This document shows positions 26,095-36,225 of a DNA stretch of 47,231 nucleotides, in pieces (position 1 is the first letter of the stretch; the number at the start of each line of letters is the position of its first letter). Source of the stretch: Promethearchaeota archaeon (GTDB taxonomy: Archaea; Asgardarchaeota; Lokiarchaeia; Sigyniarchaeales; SOKP01); contig RDOE01000018.1 of the NCBI GenBank assembly GCA_011364975.1, positions 1 to 47,231 of the forward strand, read 5' to 3'. The translations under genes were made by a program, and so were the position numbers. The notes under the pieces are model-generated. The model was not told the origin of the DNA and did no database searches. It saw nothing but the letters and a program-made list of their open reading frames with translations.

Positions 26095-27810
26095 CTAGCT
26101 ACGTTTTTTATAATTAAAATAAAATATAAGCCCAATAAATGTTGATATAGCACTAATACTTCCAAAAATTATAATCCAAAGAGGAAAATGTATAACATTT
26201 GACCGTATGATATTAACAAGACTAAAAGTATTAATTAATTCTTCCCTAACCAATCGCTCATTTTGATAAACTTTCACGGTATAATTACCATTAGGCACGT
26301 TTTCAATTATTATTTCTCCATTTTCATTCGAATAAGCTGGAGCCATTGGTTGGTTCAAATCGTTTGAAATATAAGTTCCATATAATTTTTCATAATAATA
26401 TAATTCTATTCTATTTCCTACCAAAGGCATATTAATATTATCTGTTAAGATAATTCTAAGATCGTTTGTTGCGCTATATTTTAACACAAATGGATTAGTT
26501 TCTCCTGCAATCATATAAGGGATAAACAACCGTAAACCCTTTCTTTTTACAGCGTTTCGAGTAAAAATTAGGCTATATTCTACTGATTGTTGAGAAACTG
26601 AGACAATTACATCGAAATAATTGATATCTCTTTTAAAAACCGAATAATTACCTACAACTTGATCTATAGTAATGGTATTCTCGATAAAGGTCACATTTTC
26701 TAAATATATATATTGGGGTCCTGAAATAATAGAAGGAATATATATTCTTTCCCGTATACTACGACCTTCCACTAATCTATCGATAGCCCAAGTAAAATCA
26801 ACGGGATCTATAAACATCATAGTGAAATTGACTTTAAAACTTAATTGAAACATTTTGAACCCAGCTGACATCGTAAAATTTAACCTATTATCGGATTCCA
26901 AAAAATTATTTACTTCTTTATCATCAATCGAAAGGTGGTGGTCAAAAAATAAATCCTTATCAAGTGGGTCAAGAATCAACTCAACCTCTAGATTTGTAGC
27001 AGGTACAGGTATCAACGTTAGATTAGAATAATATTTAGTTCCAGATAATGCAAACTCATAAGTAAAACTTGGACTAAATGTGTGTTGAGAACTAGTCATC
27101 TGTAATATATTCCCTGAATCTTGAATGATATGCCAATTTTCAAGCTCTAAAGTATATTCAAAAATGATATACATTGAGAAATTGTGAGAATTAGCTTTAA
27201 AATAATTCTTATATCCAAATTTAATAAAACCATCCGAATCTAAGGAATAATCTTCACTATTAAGCTCTTCAATAATAGATGATGATTGATTCTGAACTAA
27301 AAGATGCTTCAATTCACGGGGGTAGAGCCTGAGATTGTATATCAAAAATCCTTCTGAATTTTGAATTGAATTATTGTATTCTACACTAATACTTTCGTTC
27401 ATAAGAATAATTATTTTATTAGATTCTCTTACAGTATCATCTAAATTATTAAATTGAGCAATTTGAACGGTTTCAATATAAGACGTTTCATAATAAATTA
27501 TATCTAATGCCCCCGAGAGCAAATCATCATCCAATTCTGGAAATTTTATAGAATAGTTTACAATTCCCATTTCATTAAAATTCAATCTTGTAAGATTAAT
27601 ATTACCTAAACCATGTTCTTGAGTTTCCAAAATAGGTTTATAATCTTCTTTAGAAAAACTATTTAGTTTGGGCTCAAATATATTATTATTATTATTTATT
27701 TCTAAAGGAAAATAATTAAAATTTGGGTATAAACTGAGGAAAATAGGAAGAACAAAAACAAATATTATAATTAGTAAGTTTAAAATTTTCCTATATTTTT
27801 TATACATCAT
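26095..27810 (-). CDS. Membrane-anchored extracellular protein with C-terminal carboxypeptidase-regulatory-like beta domain
   Basis: N- and C-terminal TM segments, many NxS/T sequons, SNENGEIIIENVPNGNYTVKV. Confidence 0.7.
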   Translation of the reverse strand: MMYKKYRKILNLLIIIFVFVLPIFLSLYPNFNYFPLEINNNNNIFEPKLNSFSKEDYKPILETQEHGLGNINLTRLNFNEMGIVNYSIKFPELDDDLLSGALDIIYYETSYIETVQIAQFNNLDDTVRESNKIIILMNESISVEYNNSIQNSEGFLIYNLRLYPRELKHLLVQNQSSSIIEELNSEDYSLDSDGFIKFGYKNYFKANSHNFSMYIIFEYTLELENWHIIQDSGNILQMTSSQHTFSPSFTYEFALSGTKYYSNLTLIPVPATNLEVELILDPLDKDLFFDHHLSIDDKEVNNFLESDNRLNFTMSAGFKMFQLSFKVNFTMMFIDPVDFTWAIDRLVEGRSIRERIYIPSIISGPQYIYLENVTFIENTITIDQVVGNYSVFKRDINYFDVIVSVSQQSVEYSLIFTRNAVKRKGLRLFIPYMIAGETNPFVLKYSATNDLRIILTDNINMPLVGNRIELYYYEKLYGTYISNDLNQPMAPAYSNENGEIIIENVPNGNYTVKVYQNERLVREELINTFSLVNIIRSNVIHFPLWIIIFGSISAISTFIGLIFYFNYKKRS

Positions 27811-28091
27811 CTATCTTTGAGAATCTCTTCTTTACAACACAAAATTAAATAAAATTAATTAATTTTACTTAATGTTTTAAATTTTTCTTTAGTATTGTGT
27901 AATGTTTTCACTTGATAGTAATATTTAAATTTATTGAATATATGTTTATTTTACTTAAAAGAGCTATTAAAACCGTACAAAAAGCTATAAAGTCACATTA
28001 TAATTAAGAAAGAAGTTGAATTCAGTGGGATTCCAACACCCTTGATCAATAGATTATGTAGCTGTTTTAAAATTAGTGATCTACGATAAAT

Positions 28092-29477
28092 ATGACTCAA
28101 AATCCTAGCGAAAAAAGATTTTTAGAAGCTCTTGATAATGCTGTTGACTTATTTTCGGATCATGCGAAAAATGTTTATTCAAAAGTAATTGCAATCTCCC
28201 ATAATGATGCTGATGGAATAAGTAGTTTACAACTTATTCAAAATTTACTCCATAAAATAAATATTGAATACGATTATTTTATATATAATAGATCCAGTTC
28301 CTGGACCAATTATCTTAATGGAATTCTACCTAAGGTACAAAATAATAAAACTGCTTTTATTTTTACTGATGTTGGCTCTACACTTTCTGAGCTTATTCCA
28401 ATAATTAATAAAAGGAAAGAACATTTCTTTATTCTTGACCATCATGAAGTAGATGTTAATATTAATACTCAAAAGCTCCCAGATAATCTTATTTTTGTGA
28501 ATCCTACTACTTATGGGTATGATGGATTAGAGCATATAGCAGGAGCTTGTTTAACCTATATGTTTTCAAAACGAATTAAAGCTTCAATAACCAAGCAAGG
28601 ATGGCTAACAATCATTGGAATCGCTGGTGACTCTTTAAAGTCAATGGACAAACTTCAATCTTTTAATAGAGAGATCTATCAAGAAATACTTAATGAACAA
28701 CTTATTGAAGAAAATGAAGGATTAGCGTTATTCGGAGGAATGCATGAGAATATTAAAGATGGATTGAAGCATAGTATCTTACCTTATATAAAAGGTTGTG
28801 GAGGTGAACCTGACATAAAAATAAAATCTACTTTAGATGAGTTAGGTATAAATCCTACTAAAAAGCTAATTGATTTAGAAAAATCTGAAATTGAAAGCAT
28901 TTCAAATCAACTAAAAATCCCTATTGGGACTTATGCGCTTCTACCTCAAAAACAAGGATTATTAAGATTTGTATTTGAACACGCTTTATTATTAAACATT
29001 CTCTCATTTAAAAATATTAGTGCTGCTCTTTCAATAATACAACAAAAATCGATTACTAGATATGCTAAAACGATATATAATGAGTATATTGCCGAATTAG
29101 TTAAGAATTTGAGGTTACTTTCACAGGATTTGCCTCGTTATGAAACTGAAAAAGCAGTATTTATTGATGCAGGAAATGGTAAAATTACACCTAGTAGTTG
29201 GTCTGATACTGCTAGTTTTTCTACAGTAAATAATCTTCTCCCCCCAAATAAAATGGTATTTTTGGGAGGTCTTGAGAAAAAGACGCAAATGATAAAACTG
29301 AGTATAAGATGTTCCCGTGAATATTTGCAAAATAATAAGATGGGAGTGAATGAAATAATAAATAGAATAAAAGAAGAATTAGGCGGAACTGGTGGAGGCC
29401 ATAAACTAGCGGGAGGATTAAGATTATCTAAACCATCATTTAATATATTGAGAGAAAAAGTGGATCACATAATTTAG
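28092..29477 (+). CDS. DHH-family phosphoesterase, RecJ/Cdc45(GAN)-like
   Basis: HNDADG, FTDVG, ILDHH, VNP, GGGHKLAGG (DHHA1). Confidence 0.88.
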   Translation: MTQNPSEKRFLEALDNAVDLFSDHAKNVYSKVIAISHNDADGISSLQLIQNLLHKINIEYDYFIYNRSSSWTNYLNGILPKVQNNKTAFIFTDVGSTLSELIPIINKRKEHFFILDHHEVDVNINTQKLPDNLIFVNPTTYGYDGLEHIAGACLTYMFSKRIKASITKQGWLTIIGIAGDSLKSMDKLQSFNREIYQEILNEQLIEENEGLALFGGMHENIKDGLKHSILPYIKGCGGEPDIKIKSTLDELGINPTKKLIDLEKSEIESISNQLKIPIGTYALLPQKQGLLRFVFEHALLLNILSFKNISAALSIIQQKSITRYAKTIYNEYIAELVKNLRLLSQDLPRYETEKAVFIDAGNGKITPSSWSDTASFSTVNNLLPPNKMVFLGGLEKKTQMIKLSIRCSREYLQNNKMGVNEIINRIKEELGGTGGGHKLAGGLRLSKPSFNILREKVDHII

Positions 29478-29498
29478 ATAATATTATAAGGGAATATC

Positions 29499-29804
29499 AT
29501 GAGTTTTTTCCAAAAAATCTCCAATAAGGATGTTATTCTAAAAATTCATGCTAAACCGAATTCAAAAGTCCAGAAAATACAAAAATTCACAGAGGAAGAT
29601 CCATTTCTTTCAGTAATGCTTTGTTCTAAAGCTAGTAAGAATAAAGCTAATAAGGAGTTAGTTGAGCTATTTAGAACAAAATTCAAGATTAACTCAAACC
29701 AAATTGAAATTATCTCTGGAATAAAAAGTCAAACAAAAATGATAAAAATATCTTTTCTGGAGGAAACTTCTTTAAGGGACTTGATAAATAAACTCAAGGA
29801 ATAA
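29499..29804 (+). CDS. DUF167 (YggU-like) protein
   Basis: LKIHAKPNSK, KANKELVELF, IEIISGIKSQTK. Confidence 0.85.
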   Translation: MSFFQKISNKDVILKIHAKPNSKVQKIQKFTEEDPFLSVMLCSKASKNKANKELVELFRTKFKINSNQIEIISGIKSQTKMIKISFLEETSLRDLINKLKE

Positions 29805-29813
29805 TGTAGACAT

Positions 29814-30170
29814 TTAACTACCAATCTTTTTCATTTTTCCACATTTTAGGCAAGTGATAAAATGAGTCATACCTTCATCTGCTCTTCTGGTTTGCCGTGT
29901 TTCTAAATGTGCTTTATCATAACCACATTTGGGACATCTAAAGTTTTTGATTGTAGTTCGCAAATTTTTTTCTTTCCAATCTAAAACTTTTTGAATATTA
30001 ATAACTTCATCTCGTATAGGATGTTCGATAGTTGTTTTAATTTTATAAGAATCAGAATAGGTTTCAGAAAATGGTTTAATTGCACCACACTTGCACTTAA
30101 ACACTTTTTTCCCGTTTAATTTAGATGGAAGCATCATACTTCCACAATCGTTACAAAATTCCATATTCAT
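29814..30170 (-). CDS. tfs: Transcription factor S (TFS/RpoM family)
   Basis: FCNDCGSMMLP...CKCG and CPKCG...QTRRADEGMT...CLKCG, with the acidic DE hairpin intact. Confidence 0.9.
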   Translation of the reverse strand: MNMEFCNDCGSMMLPSKLNGKKVFKCKCGAIKPFSETYSDSYKIKTTIEHPIRDEVINIQKVLDWKEKNLRTTIKNFRCPKCGYDKAHLETRQTRRADEGMTHFITCLKCGKMKKIGS

Positions 30171-30237
30171 TCAAGAAGATATTTTCATTTAATTTTTCAT
30201 ATATACATAATGCGAATTAAAATCAAATAGTTTTCTA

Positions 30238-31200
30238 TCATATTTTTAAGCCAAAAATTAACGCACAAAAAATGATACCTGCAATAAGATCTGCCGTAGT
30301 TCCTGGATTTAACCTGCCATTCTCTTTTTGTATTTTTTTATCATACTTTAATGCTAATTTTAGTCCTTTTTTAGTTAAAATACCATTATACTTTAGAATT
30401 TTTAAGGCTAAATTAGAAATATACATAGCAGATTTCTTATCGGCTTTTCTAATAATTAAAGTATCGGGGTGAACGCTAAGTAGCTTTAGATACGTATTTA
30501 CAATGGAGATATTCAAATCTTTAGTTTTATTAAACGTTTCGAAAAAGTATGGTAAACCTTCATTAATTATAATCTCAAATCCAGAAACATATTCTTGGCT
30601 AATTAAATCATAATGCATCGAAAATTGAAAAATTTCTTTCAGTCTTATATTGTCTTCTTTAAGTTGTTTGATGGATTGATTGTTATATACATCATACTTG
30701 GTAATATTGCCTAAACCCCCCGGGTTGCAAATTCGTATTGCCTCATATAAATTTATCGTATCTTCTAACGTAGCGTCATTTATTACTTTCTCAACTATCC
30801 TCTTGAACTCCTTAATAGAAGTAAACCCTAATTTAATACTAACTGCTGCAGCAGAGGCAAGAGGTGCTAAGATGAGAATATGCCCCAATATAACGTTTCC
30901 CCCTGATTGCCAATTCATCATATCCTCAGCAGCGTTCTTGAAGAATAACCCTAATCTGATAAAACTTAGGTCATCTTCTATATTCTTTACATTCTCGATT
31001 ACTCTGTCAATTAAAGATCTAAAATTCGGTTGAATTGCAACTATTCCTGCTAAGAAATGTTCATATTTTGTATTTTTAAAGTTTCTTGTTCTATGTACAT
31101 TTCCAATCTTCGGCCAACCGAATAGCTCCAAATGACTTGAAAGGTGTACACACCTAATTAAATCTTCAAAACTCTTAATATTAATTTGTATATGAGACAC
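30238..31200 (-). CDS. citG: Triphosphoribosyl-dephospho-CoA synthase (CitG) family
   Basis: PKIGNVHR, N..LG..ILAPL, PDTLIIRK, LNPGTTADL. Confidence 0.85.
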   Translation of the reverse strand: MSHIQINIKSFEDLIRCVHLSSHLELFGWPKIGNVHRTRNFKNTKYEHFLAGIVAIQPNFRSLIDRVIENVKNIEDDLSFIRLGLFFKNAAEDMMNWQSGGNVILGHILILAPLASAAAVSIKLGFTSIKEFKRIVEKVINDATLEDTINLYEAIRICNPGGLGNITKYDVYNNQSIKQLKEDNIRLKEIFQFSMHYDLISQEYVSGFEIIINEGLPYFFETFNKTKDLNISIVNTYLKLLSVHPDTLIIRKADKKSAMYISNLALKILKYNGILTKKGLKLALKYDKKIQKENGRLNPGTTADLIAGIIFCALIFGLKI

Positions 31201-31249
31201 TTTAGAACTAACATTATTTCATTCTACAATTATATAACTAAAAAAAGGA

Positions 31250-31561
31250 TTAATAATACGATAATTCCATAGCTTTTTTTTCCTTAATCATATAGCCCTC
31301 ATGATCTGCAGTTCTATAAGAAATTGGACGAAATTGATCCTTAATGTTTTTTTGATGAAGAAATTTTTTCAATCTTAGCTTTAGTGTTCTTTTAGACATA
31401 CTATGGGGGATTATAACCTCCACTTCGTTTGCTGTTCTGGATAACTCTATTTGAGGTAATTGTTCTGTTAAAAACCTTAATAAATCTTCCACGTGTTGTT
31501 CTTTTTCTAAACTTAAGTCTTTCACATTAATGATAAAACGTTTAGTTTCTGCATTACTCAT
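31250..31561 (-). CDS. rpl22e: Ribosomal protein eL22 (L22e) homolog
   Basis: KRFIIN...FL.E...SKRTLKLRLKKFLHQKNIKDQFR resembles the eL22 pattern SKRYLKYLTKKYLKK..LRDWLR. Confidence 0.75.
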   Translation of the reverse strand: MSNAETKRFIINVKDLSLEKEQHVEDLLRFLTEQLPQIELSRTANEVEVIIPHSMSKRTLKLRLKKFLHQKNIKDQFRPISYRTADHEGYMIKEKKAMELSYY

Positions 31562-31644
31562 AAAATAATCACTCTGTAGTTAAATTAAACGTATAATAAA
31601 ATTTTTTCCATTTTTAACTATAATTATTTAAAAATTAATCCTTA

Positions 31645-32919
31645 TCAAATAGGAGTTTCATCTCCCCATAACTTCAATGCTTGAGCTAATTCTTGATGGG
31701 TTTTTGCATAATCTTTTACAGTTATCTCTTTCATATATGCATCAATTGCTTGTCTTAATGCTTTAGCGCCGCTTTGCGTACCTCCCGGATGGCCTAAAAC
31801 TCCTCCTCCTGCTTGAATGACTATGTCCGTCGAAAGAAGATCCATTAATCTATGCATGATTCCGGGATGTAAACCTCCAGAACAAACACTAAATACAGGT
31901 TTTATTCCATACCAATCTTGTTCAAGCATTTCAAAATCGGTTACATTTGACCCCGAATAACATTTAATATAGTTATTTTTTACTTCGGTTCTTCCTCCCG
32001 CTAATTTCCCTAATCCTCCTATATGAAGTTGATCAACCCCTTGCATTCTAGCTATTTCAGCAAGTACCTTCATAGAAATGCCATGTTCAGGATTCCGATC
32101 GAATGCAGCATGAAATGCTCGATGAGCATGAATTGCCAATCCTAAGTCTTGGCAAATATCCCGTATTGTCTGCACAGATGACCAACCAGTGGTAAAGATA
32201 TCAATCATAATATACTCGTTGTTATAATCTTTTACCAATCGAGCCCGCTTTTTCATTTCTTCTACTTCAGCGGTTATATTTATTAAATAACTTTTTCTTT
32301 CTCCCGTTTCATTTTCAGCTTTATCTCTCATTTTCATGCTTAATTCAAGCCTCTCTTTGAATTTATTAAATTTCTGATTTGAGAGGTTCTCATCATCCTT
32401 AAGAAGATCTACCCCGCCTGACCATATTTCATATCCATGTTGAGCATGTTCTTCAGCGTAATAACCAACTTTAGGCTTTGGAACTGTGGCTGTAATCGGA
32501 CGTTTATCTATCTTTAAAATTTTTCTTATTCCATCTACACCAAATTGAGGACCTTTAAAAGATCTTATAATATTTAAGGGCCACTTCACATCAATGAGCC
32601 TTAAACCATCTAAAGCTTTCATCCCAAATACATTTCCTGCTATAGAACTTAAAATTTGTGGCATATTTCCTTCTTCAAATAAGTCATTAGGATATGCAAT
32701 TTTAACATATTCTCCATCAATGCTATATACCTTGGCACTTAATTCAATAATGTGGTCTGGAATTTTAAGGGCTGTCCATGTCCCATTACTACTTTCAGCA
32801 GCAACCCTAATAGCAACCTTCTCAACTGAGAATCCTTTTGCAGGTTTGATCTTAAACAAACATATAAGGTCCTCCTCGCTTGGATTATAATCTAAATCAA
32901 GAAAATCTTCATATTTCAA
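31645..32919 (-). CDS. rbcL: Form III RuBisCO large subunit
   Basis: AAESSNGTW, AGNVFGMK, VPKPKVG, GGVDLLKDDEN, HAHRAFH, loop-6 GKL, SGGLHPG, QAGGG..GHP. Confidence 0.95.
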   Translation of the reverse strand: MKYEDFLDLDYNPSEEDLICLFKIKPAKGFSVEKVAIRVAAESSNGTWTALKIPDHIIELSAKVYSIDGEYVKIAYPNDLFEEGNMPQILSSIAGNVFGMKALDGLRLIDVKWPLNIIRSFKGPQFGVDGIRKILKIDKRPITATVPKPKVGYYAEEHAQHGYEIWSGGVDLLKDDENLSNQKFNKFKERLELSMKMRDKAENETGERKSYLINITAEVEEMKKRARLVKDYNNEYIMIDIFTTGWSSVQTIRDICQDLGLAIHAHRAFHAAFDRNPEHGISMKVLAEIARMQGVDQLHIGGLGKLAGGRTEVKNNYIKCYSGSNVTDFEMLEQDWYGIKPVFSVCSGGLHPGIMHRLMDLLSTDIVIQAGGGVLGHPGGTQSGAKALRQAIDAYMKEITVKDYAKTHQELAQALKLWGDETPI

Positions 32920-32943
32920 TCAATATCACTTTTTTAATAGGTG

Positions 32944-33900
32944 CTAAGATTTATTTTCAACCAATTCAGGATATAATTTATAGAAATAAAAGTTTACAAA
33001 ACTTGGAGCAAATATCCCCGCTTCCGTTATTAATCCATCTATATACCTCCTACTAACGGTCTCAAAAGCGGGATTTAATACCGTTAATCGCTCCGGAGCA
33101 TCTTCCCATATCTCTTTTGGATCTCGCATTTCAATCTTTTCTAAAATACCAAAAGAGGTTTGAGGATTATATTTCAATAAGGTAGATGCAACATAAAACG
33201 GGACATGTTCTTCATGAGCTACTAAAGCTAACAATCTAGATCCAATCTTGTTAATAATTGTTCCTTCAGAAGTTATGGAATCTGCTCCTATAAGGATTAA
33301 ATCTACTTCATGATGATTTACTGCCCAACGCATAGCGCTGTCAACAACATGAATAACTTCTATCCCAGCATCTAATAACTTTTTAACAGTTTTTCTTCCT
33401 TGATAGAAAGGTCGGGTTTCGGTCGCTATAACTTTAAAATTATCTTTACCTTGCTGTTTTGCTTCTAAAAGAATCGCATTTACTACGCTAGAATGACAAT
33501 GAGTCATAATGCAAAATTCATTATCAGTTGTCACATCGGGGATTCTTCTTGCTCCAATTTCCGCTATTTTCTGTTTAGCATTCTTTATCACAAACTTAAA
33601 TTCTTCATTTCCTTTTGAAATTATTTCTAGTATTTCATTAATTGAATGTGTGCTTACATTTTTTTCCACTTTATTTAAAATAAAATTTAATCCATTTCTT
33701 AAAGCGGGTTCAGTCACTCGGGTTTGGACTAAAACTTCTCGTGCTTCAATTAATTTTTCATACAGTTCTTTGGGTGTGAGATTTTTACCAACTCTATGAG
33801 CATAATCACTCAGAAACTGAATTGCACTAGTGGCAACATTACTTGCCCCTTGTATCTCTAAGGACTTTATTTTCTTAGCTTCTTTCAATAATTCCTTCAT
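32944..33900 (-). CDS. Ribose-1,5-bisphosphate isomerase (eIF2B-like family)
   Basis: IQGA, R.TEP.LRN, THCHS, ETRPFYQG, VDSA, GADSIT..G..INKIGS, NPAFE; adjacent to RuBisCO. Confidence 0.9.
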   Translation of the reverse strand: MKELLKEAKKIKSLEIQGASNVATSAIQFLSDYAHRVGKNLTPKELYEKLIEAREVLVQTRVTEPALRNGLNFILNKVEKNVSTHSINEILEIISKGNEEFKFVIKNAKQKIAEIGARRIPDVTTDNEFCIMTHCHSSVVNAILLEAKQQGKDNFKVIATETRPFYQGRKTVKKLLDAGIEVIHVVDSAMRWAVNHHEVDLILIGADSITSEGTIINKIGSRLLALVAHEEHVPFYVASTLLKYNPQTSFGILEKIEMRDPKEIWEDAPERLTVLNPAFETVSRRYIDGLITEAGIFAPSFVNFYFYKLYPELVENKS

Positions 33901-33941
33901 AAAAAATCGTCTTGAATTCCTACTTTTTTTTATATAATAAG

Positions 33942-34145
33942 TTAATCTATTTTTTTAGAATCTTTAATGTTATTATTTGAATCTTGATCTAGTTCATAAT
34001 CTTCCGGATCTATTTCAAGATAGAAAGAACCAATATACTTACAAGAAGTGCATTCAAACATATTTGGTGCTAACCAGCCAGAAACATTAACCGCATTTTT
34101 TAAAGTTGGTTTTTTACATTGAGGGCATATTCTAATCCGTGTCAT
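33942..34145 (-). CDS. Small zinc-ribbon protein
   Basis: CPQC...SGWLAP...CTSCKY.G. Confidence 0.8.
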   Translation of the reverse strand: MTRIRICPQCKKPTLKNAVNVSGWLAPNMFECTSCKYIGSFYLEIDPEDYELDQDSNNNIKDSKKID

Positions 34146-34365
34146 CTTAATTAATAGGATCTAAGAATTATTTTTAAAGATAATTTAAATTTATTCAAAC
34201 TAAAGTAATTTTATGAAAAATTTTTTTTAACCTTTATTCTGCTTATATTCAATAATAGCAAATAACATTTACTCTCACAGTCTTTTAAATATTATAGAGA
34301 TTATAAAATCATACTTATAACTAATAAAATACAAAATTTAAAAATTCTAGATTTACCTTGAATTA

Positions 34366-36198
34366 ATGAATAATTTAGAGCTTACGAGAAAAAGTTTACC
34401 CAACGAACCAGGAGTTTACTTATTTTGGGATAATAATAATAAAATTATTTATGTAGGCAAAGCTCTGAATTTACGAAAGAGGGTTAATCAGTATTTTGTT
34501 AAAACTCATTATACTGATCCTTATTATGAGGAGAAAATAACTGAATTAGTAAAAAATATCGCCTCAATTGAGTATATCGTTACAGAAAATGAAAAAGAAG
34601 CATACTTATTAGAAAATATTCAAATTAAAAAGCATCAACCTCGCTTCAATGTCATTATGCGTGATTCAAAATCATATCCTTGGGTTGCGATATTTTATTC
34701 AGAAGAGTATCCTAGAATTCGAATTATTAGAGGCCCAGAAAAGTACTCTAAAGATAATATATATTTAGGTCCATATACTGATAAAAAGGAAATATCTCGC
34801 ATATTAAGGGATTTAAGGAAGATATTCCCTTATTGTTCATGTAAGAAAAAGATGAAAACGAAAACAAGGACTTGCCTTTATTTTCAATTAAAATTATGCC
34901 CTGGCCCTTGTATTCAAGCAGTAAGCAAAGAAGAATATTTAGAAAATATCAAGCAGATTGAATTATTCTTAAAAGGAGAAAATGAGAAACTTAAGGCACA
35001 AATTTTGGAGAAAATGAATAAAGCCTCGGAAAAACAAAATTATGAAGTTGCAGCATTTTGGAGAGACAAATTACAAGCAATAGATAATTCCACAACCTCC
35101 CAAAGTGTGTTATCGAATAATATTGAAAATAAAGATATAATTAGCTATTTTTTAGATAAAGATACTAAATATATAGCATTAATAATTATTCATATAAGAG
35201 AAGGTAGGATCTTCAACAAAAGTTCATTTGTTTTTGATCTAAAAGATAAAATTATTCGTAAAGATAAACTATTTCCTTCCATTATAGAACAATTTTATCA
35301 AAATACCTCAGAAAATTTACCCGATAACATCGTAGTTCCCAAATTATATAAAGGAATTAGTGTTTTTTCTGAAGTTCTTAAGGATTTTAAGGCAAACATT
35401 CTTATTCGGACTCCGTATAATAATGAATTTGGTTTAATGCGAATTGCAAATAAGAATGCTAAAGTTTTAGTCCAACAAGAAATAAAAATGGAAGAAATAA
35501 AAGAAAGAGAAAAAGATGAGGTTCTAGAAGCACTTGAAGAAGCTACCAAACTCCTTCACTTAAATAACATACCTCGAATTATAGAAGGATTTGATATTTC
35601 TAATATTGAAGGTACTAATGCTACAGGATCAATGGTCTTCTTCCTAGAAGGAAAGCCTTATAATAAATACTATCGACATTTTAATATAAAGTCAAAATCC
35701 ACCCCTGATGATGTGGCTATGATGAAAGAAGTTATTCGAAGAAGATATACTTATCTTTTGGAAAATAATCTGGAATTACCTGATCTCATACTTGTAGATG
35801 GCGGTAAAGGACAATTAAATGCAGGAGTAACTATTTTAAAGGATTTAGGGATAGATGGGATTCCAATAATTGGATTAGCGAAAAAATTTGAAGAAATATA
35901 CCTTCCAAACGAAAAAAATCCTCTTATTTTATCAAAAGATTCATCTCTCCTCAAACTTTTTCAGAGAGTAAGGGATGAGGCTCATAGATTTGCGGTAAGA
36001 CTCCATAAAAAACAACGTGAGAAACAAATTACCGGTTCTATATTAGATGATATTAAAGGAATCGGACCCTCAACCAGAAATAAACTTTTATCTCACTTTG
36101 GGAGCGTTAAAAATTTGAAAAAAGCTTCTATTGAAGAAATTGCTCAAATTGTGAAAAAAGAATTAGCTTACAAAATTAAGAAAATTCTGGAAGATTAA
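34366..36198 (+). CDS. uvrC: Excinuclease ABC subunit C
   Basis: GIY-YIG (PGVYLF...YVGKA.NLRKRV), Cys cluster, IEGFDISN, LILVDGGKGQL, RDEAHRFA, C-terminal HhH. Confidence 0.96.
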   Translation: MNNLELTRKSLPNEPGVYLFWDNNNKIIYVGKALNLRKRVNQYFVKTHYTDPYYEEKITELVKNIASIEYIVTENEKEAYLLENIQIKKHQPRFNVIMRDSKSYPWVAIFYSEEYPRIRIIRGPEKYSKDNIYLGPYTDKKEISRILRDLRKIFPYCSCKKKMKTKTRTCLYFQLKLCPGPCIQAVSKEEYLENIKQIELFLKGENEKLKAQILEKMNKASEKQNYEVAAFWRDKLQAIDNSTTSQSVLSNNIENKDIISYFLDKDTKYIALIIIHIREGRIFNKSSFVFDLKDKIIRKDKLFPSIIEQFYQNTSENLPDNIVVPKLYKGISVFSEVLKDFKANILIRTPYNNEFGLMRIANKNAKVLVQQEIKMEEIKEREKDEVLEALEEATKLLHLNNIPRIIEGFDISNIEGTNATGSMVFFLEGKPYNKYYRHFNIKSKSTPDDVAMMKEVIRRRYTYLLENNLELPDLILVDGGKGQLNAGVTILKDLGIDGIPIIGLAKKFEEIYLPNEKNPLILSKDSSLLKLFQRVRDEAHRFAVRLHKKQREKQITGSILDDIKGIGPSTRNKLLSHFGSVKNLKKASIEEIAQIVKKELAYKIKKILED

Positions 36199-36225
36199 TC
36201 TTTTTTTTTAAAAATAAAAAATTCT

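Noticed and set aside
28010-28060. Slightly GC-richer intergenic patch upstream of the DHH gene as a possible small RNA
   Set aside because: I could not build a convincing stem or recognise a known RNA motif by eye.
32944-33900. Annotation as translation factor eIF2B subunit or methylthioribose-1-phosphate isomerase
   Set aside because: The THCHS and VDSA motifs and adjacency to form III RuBisCO favour ribose-1,5-bisphosphate isomerase.
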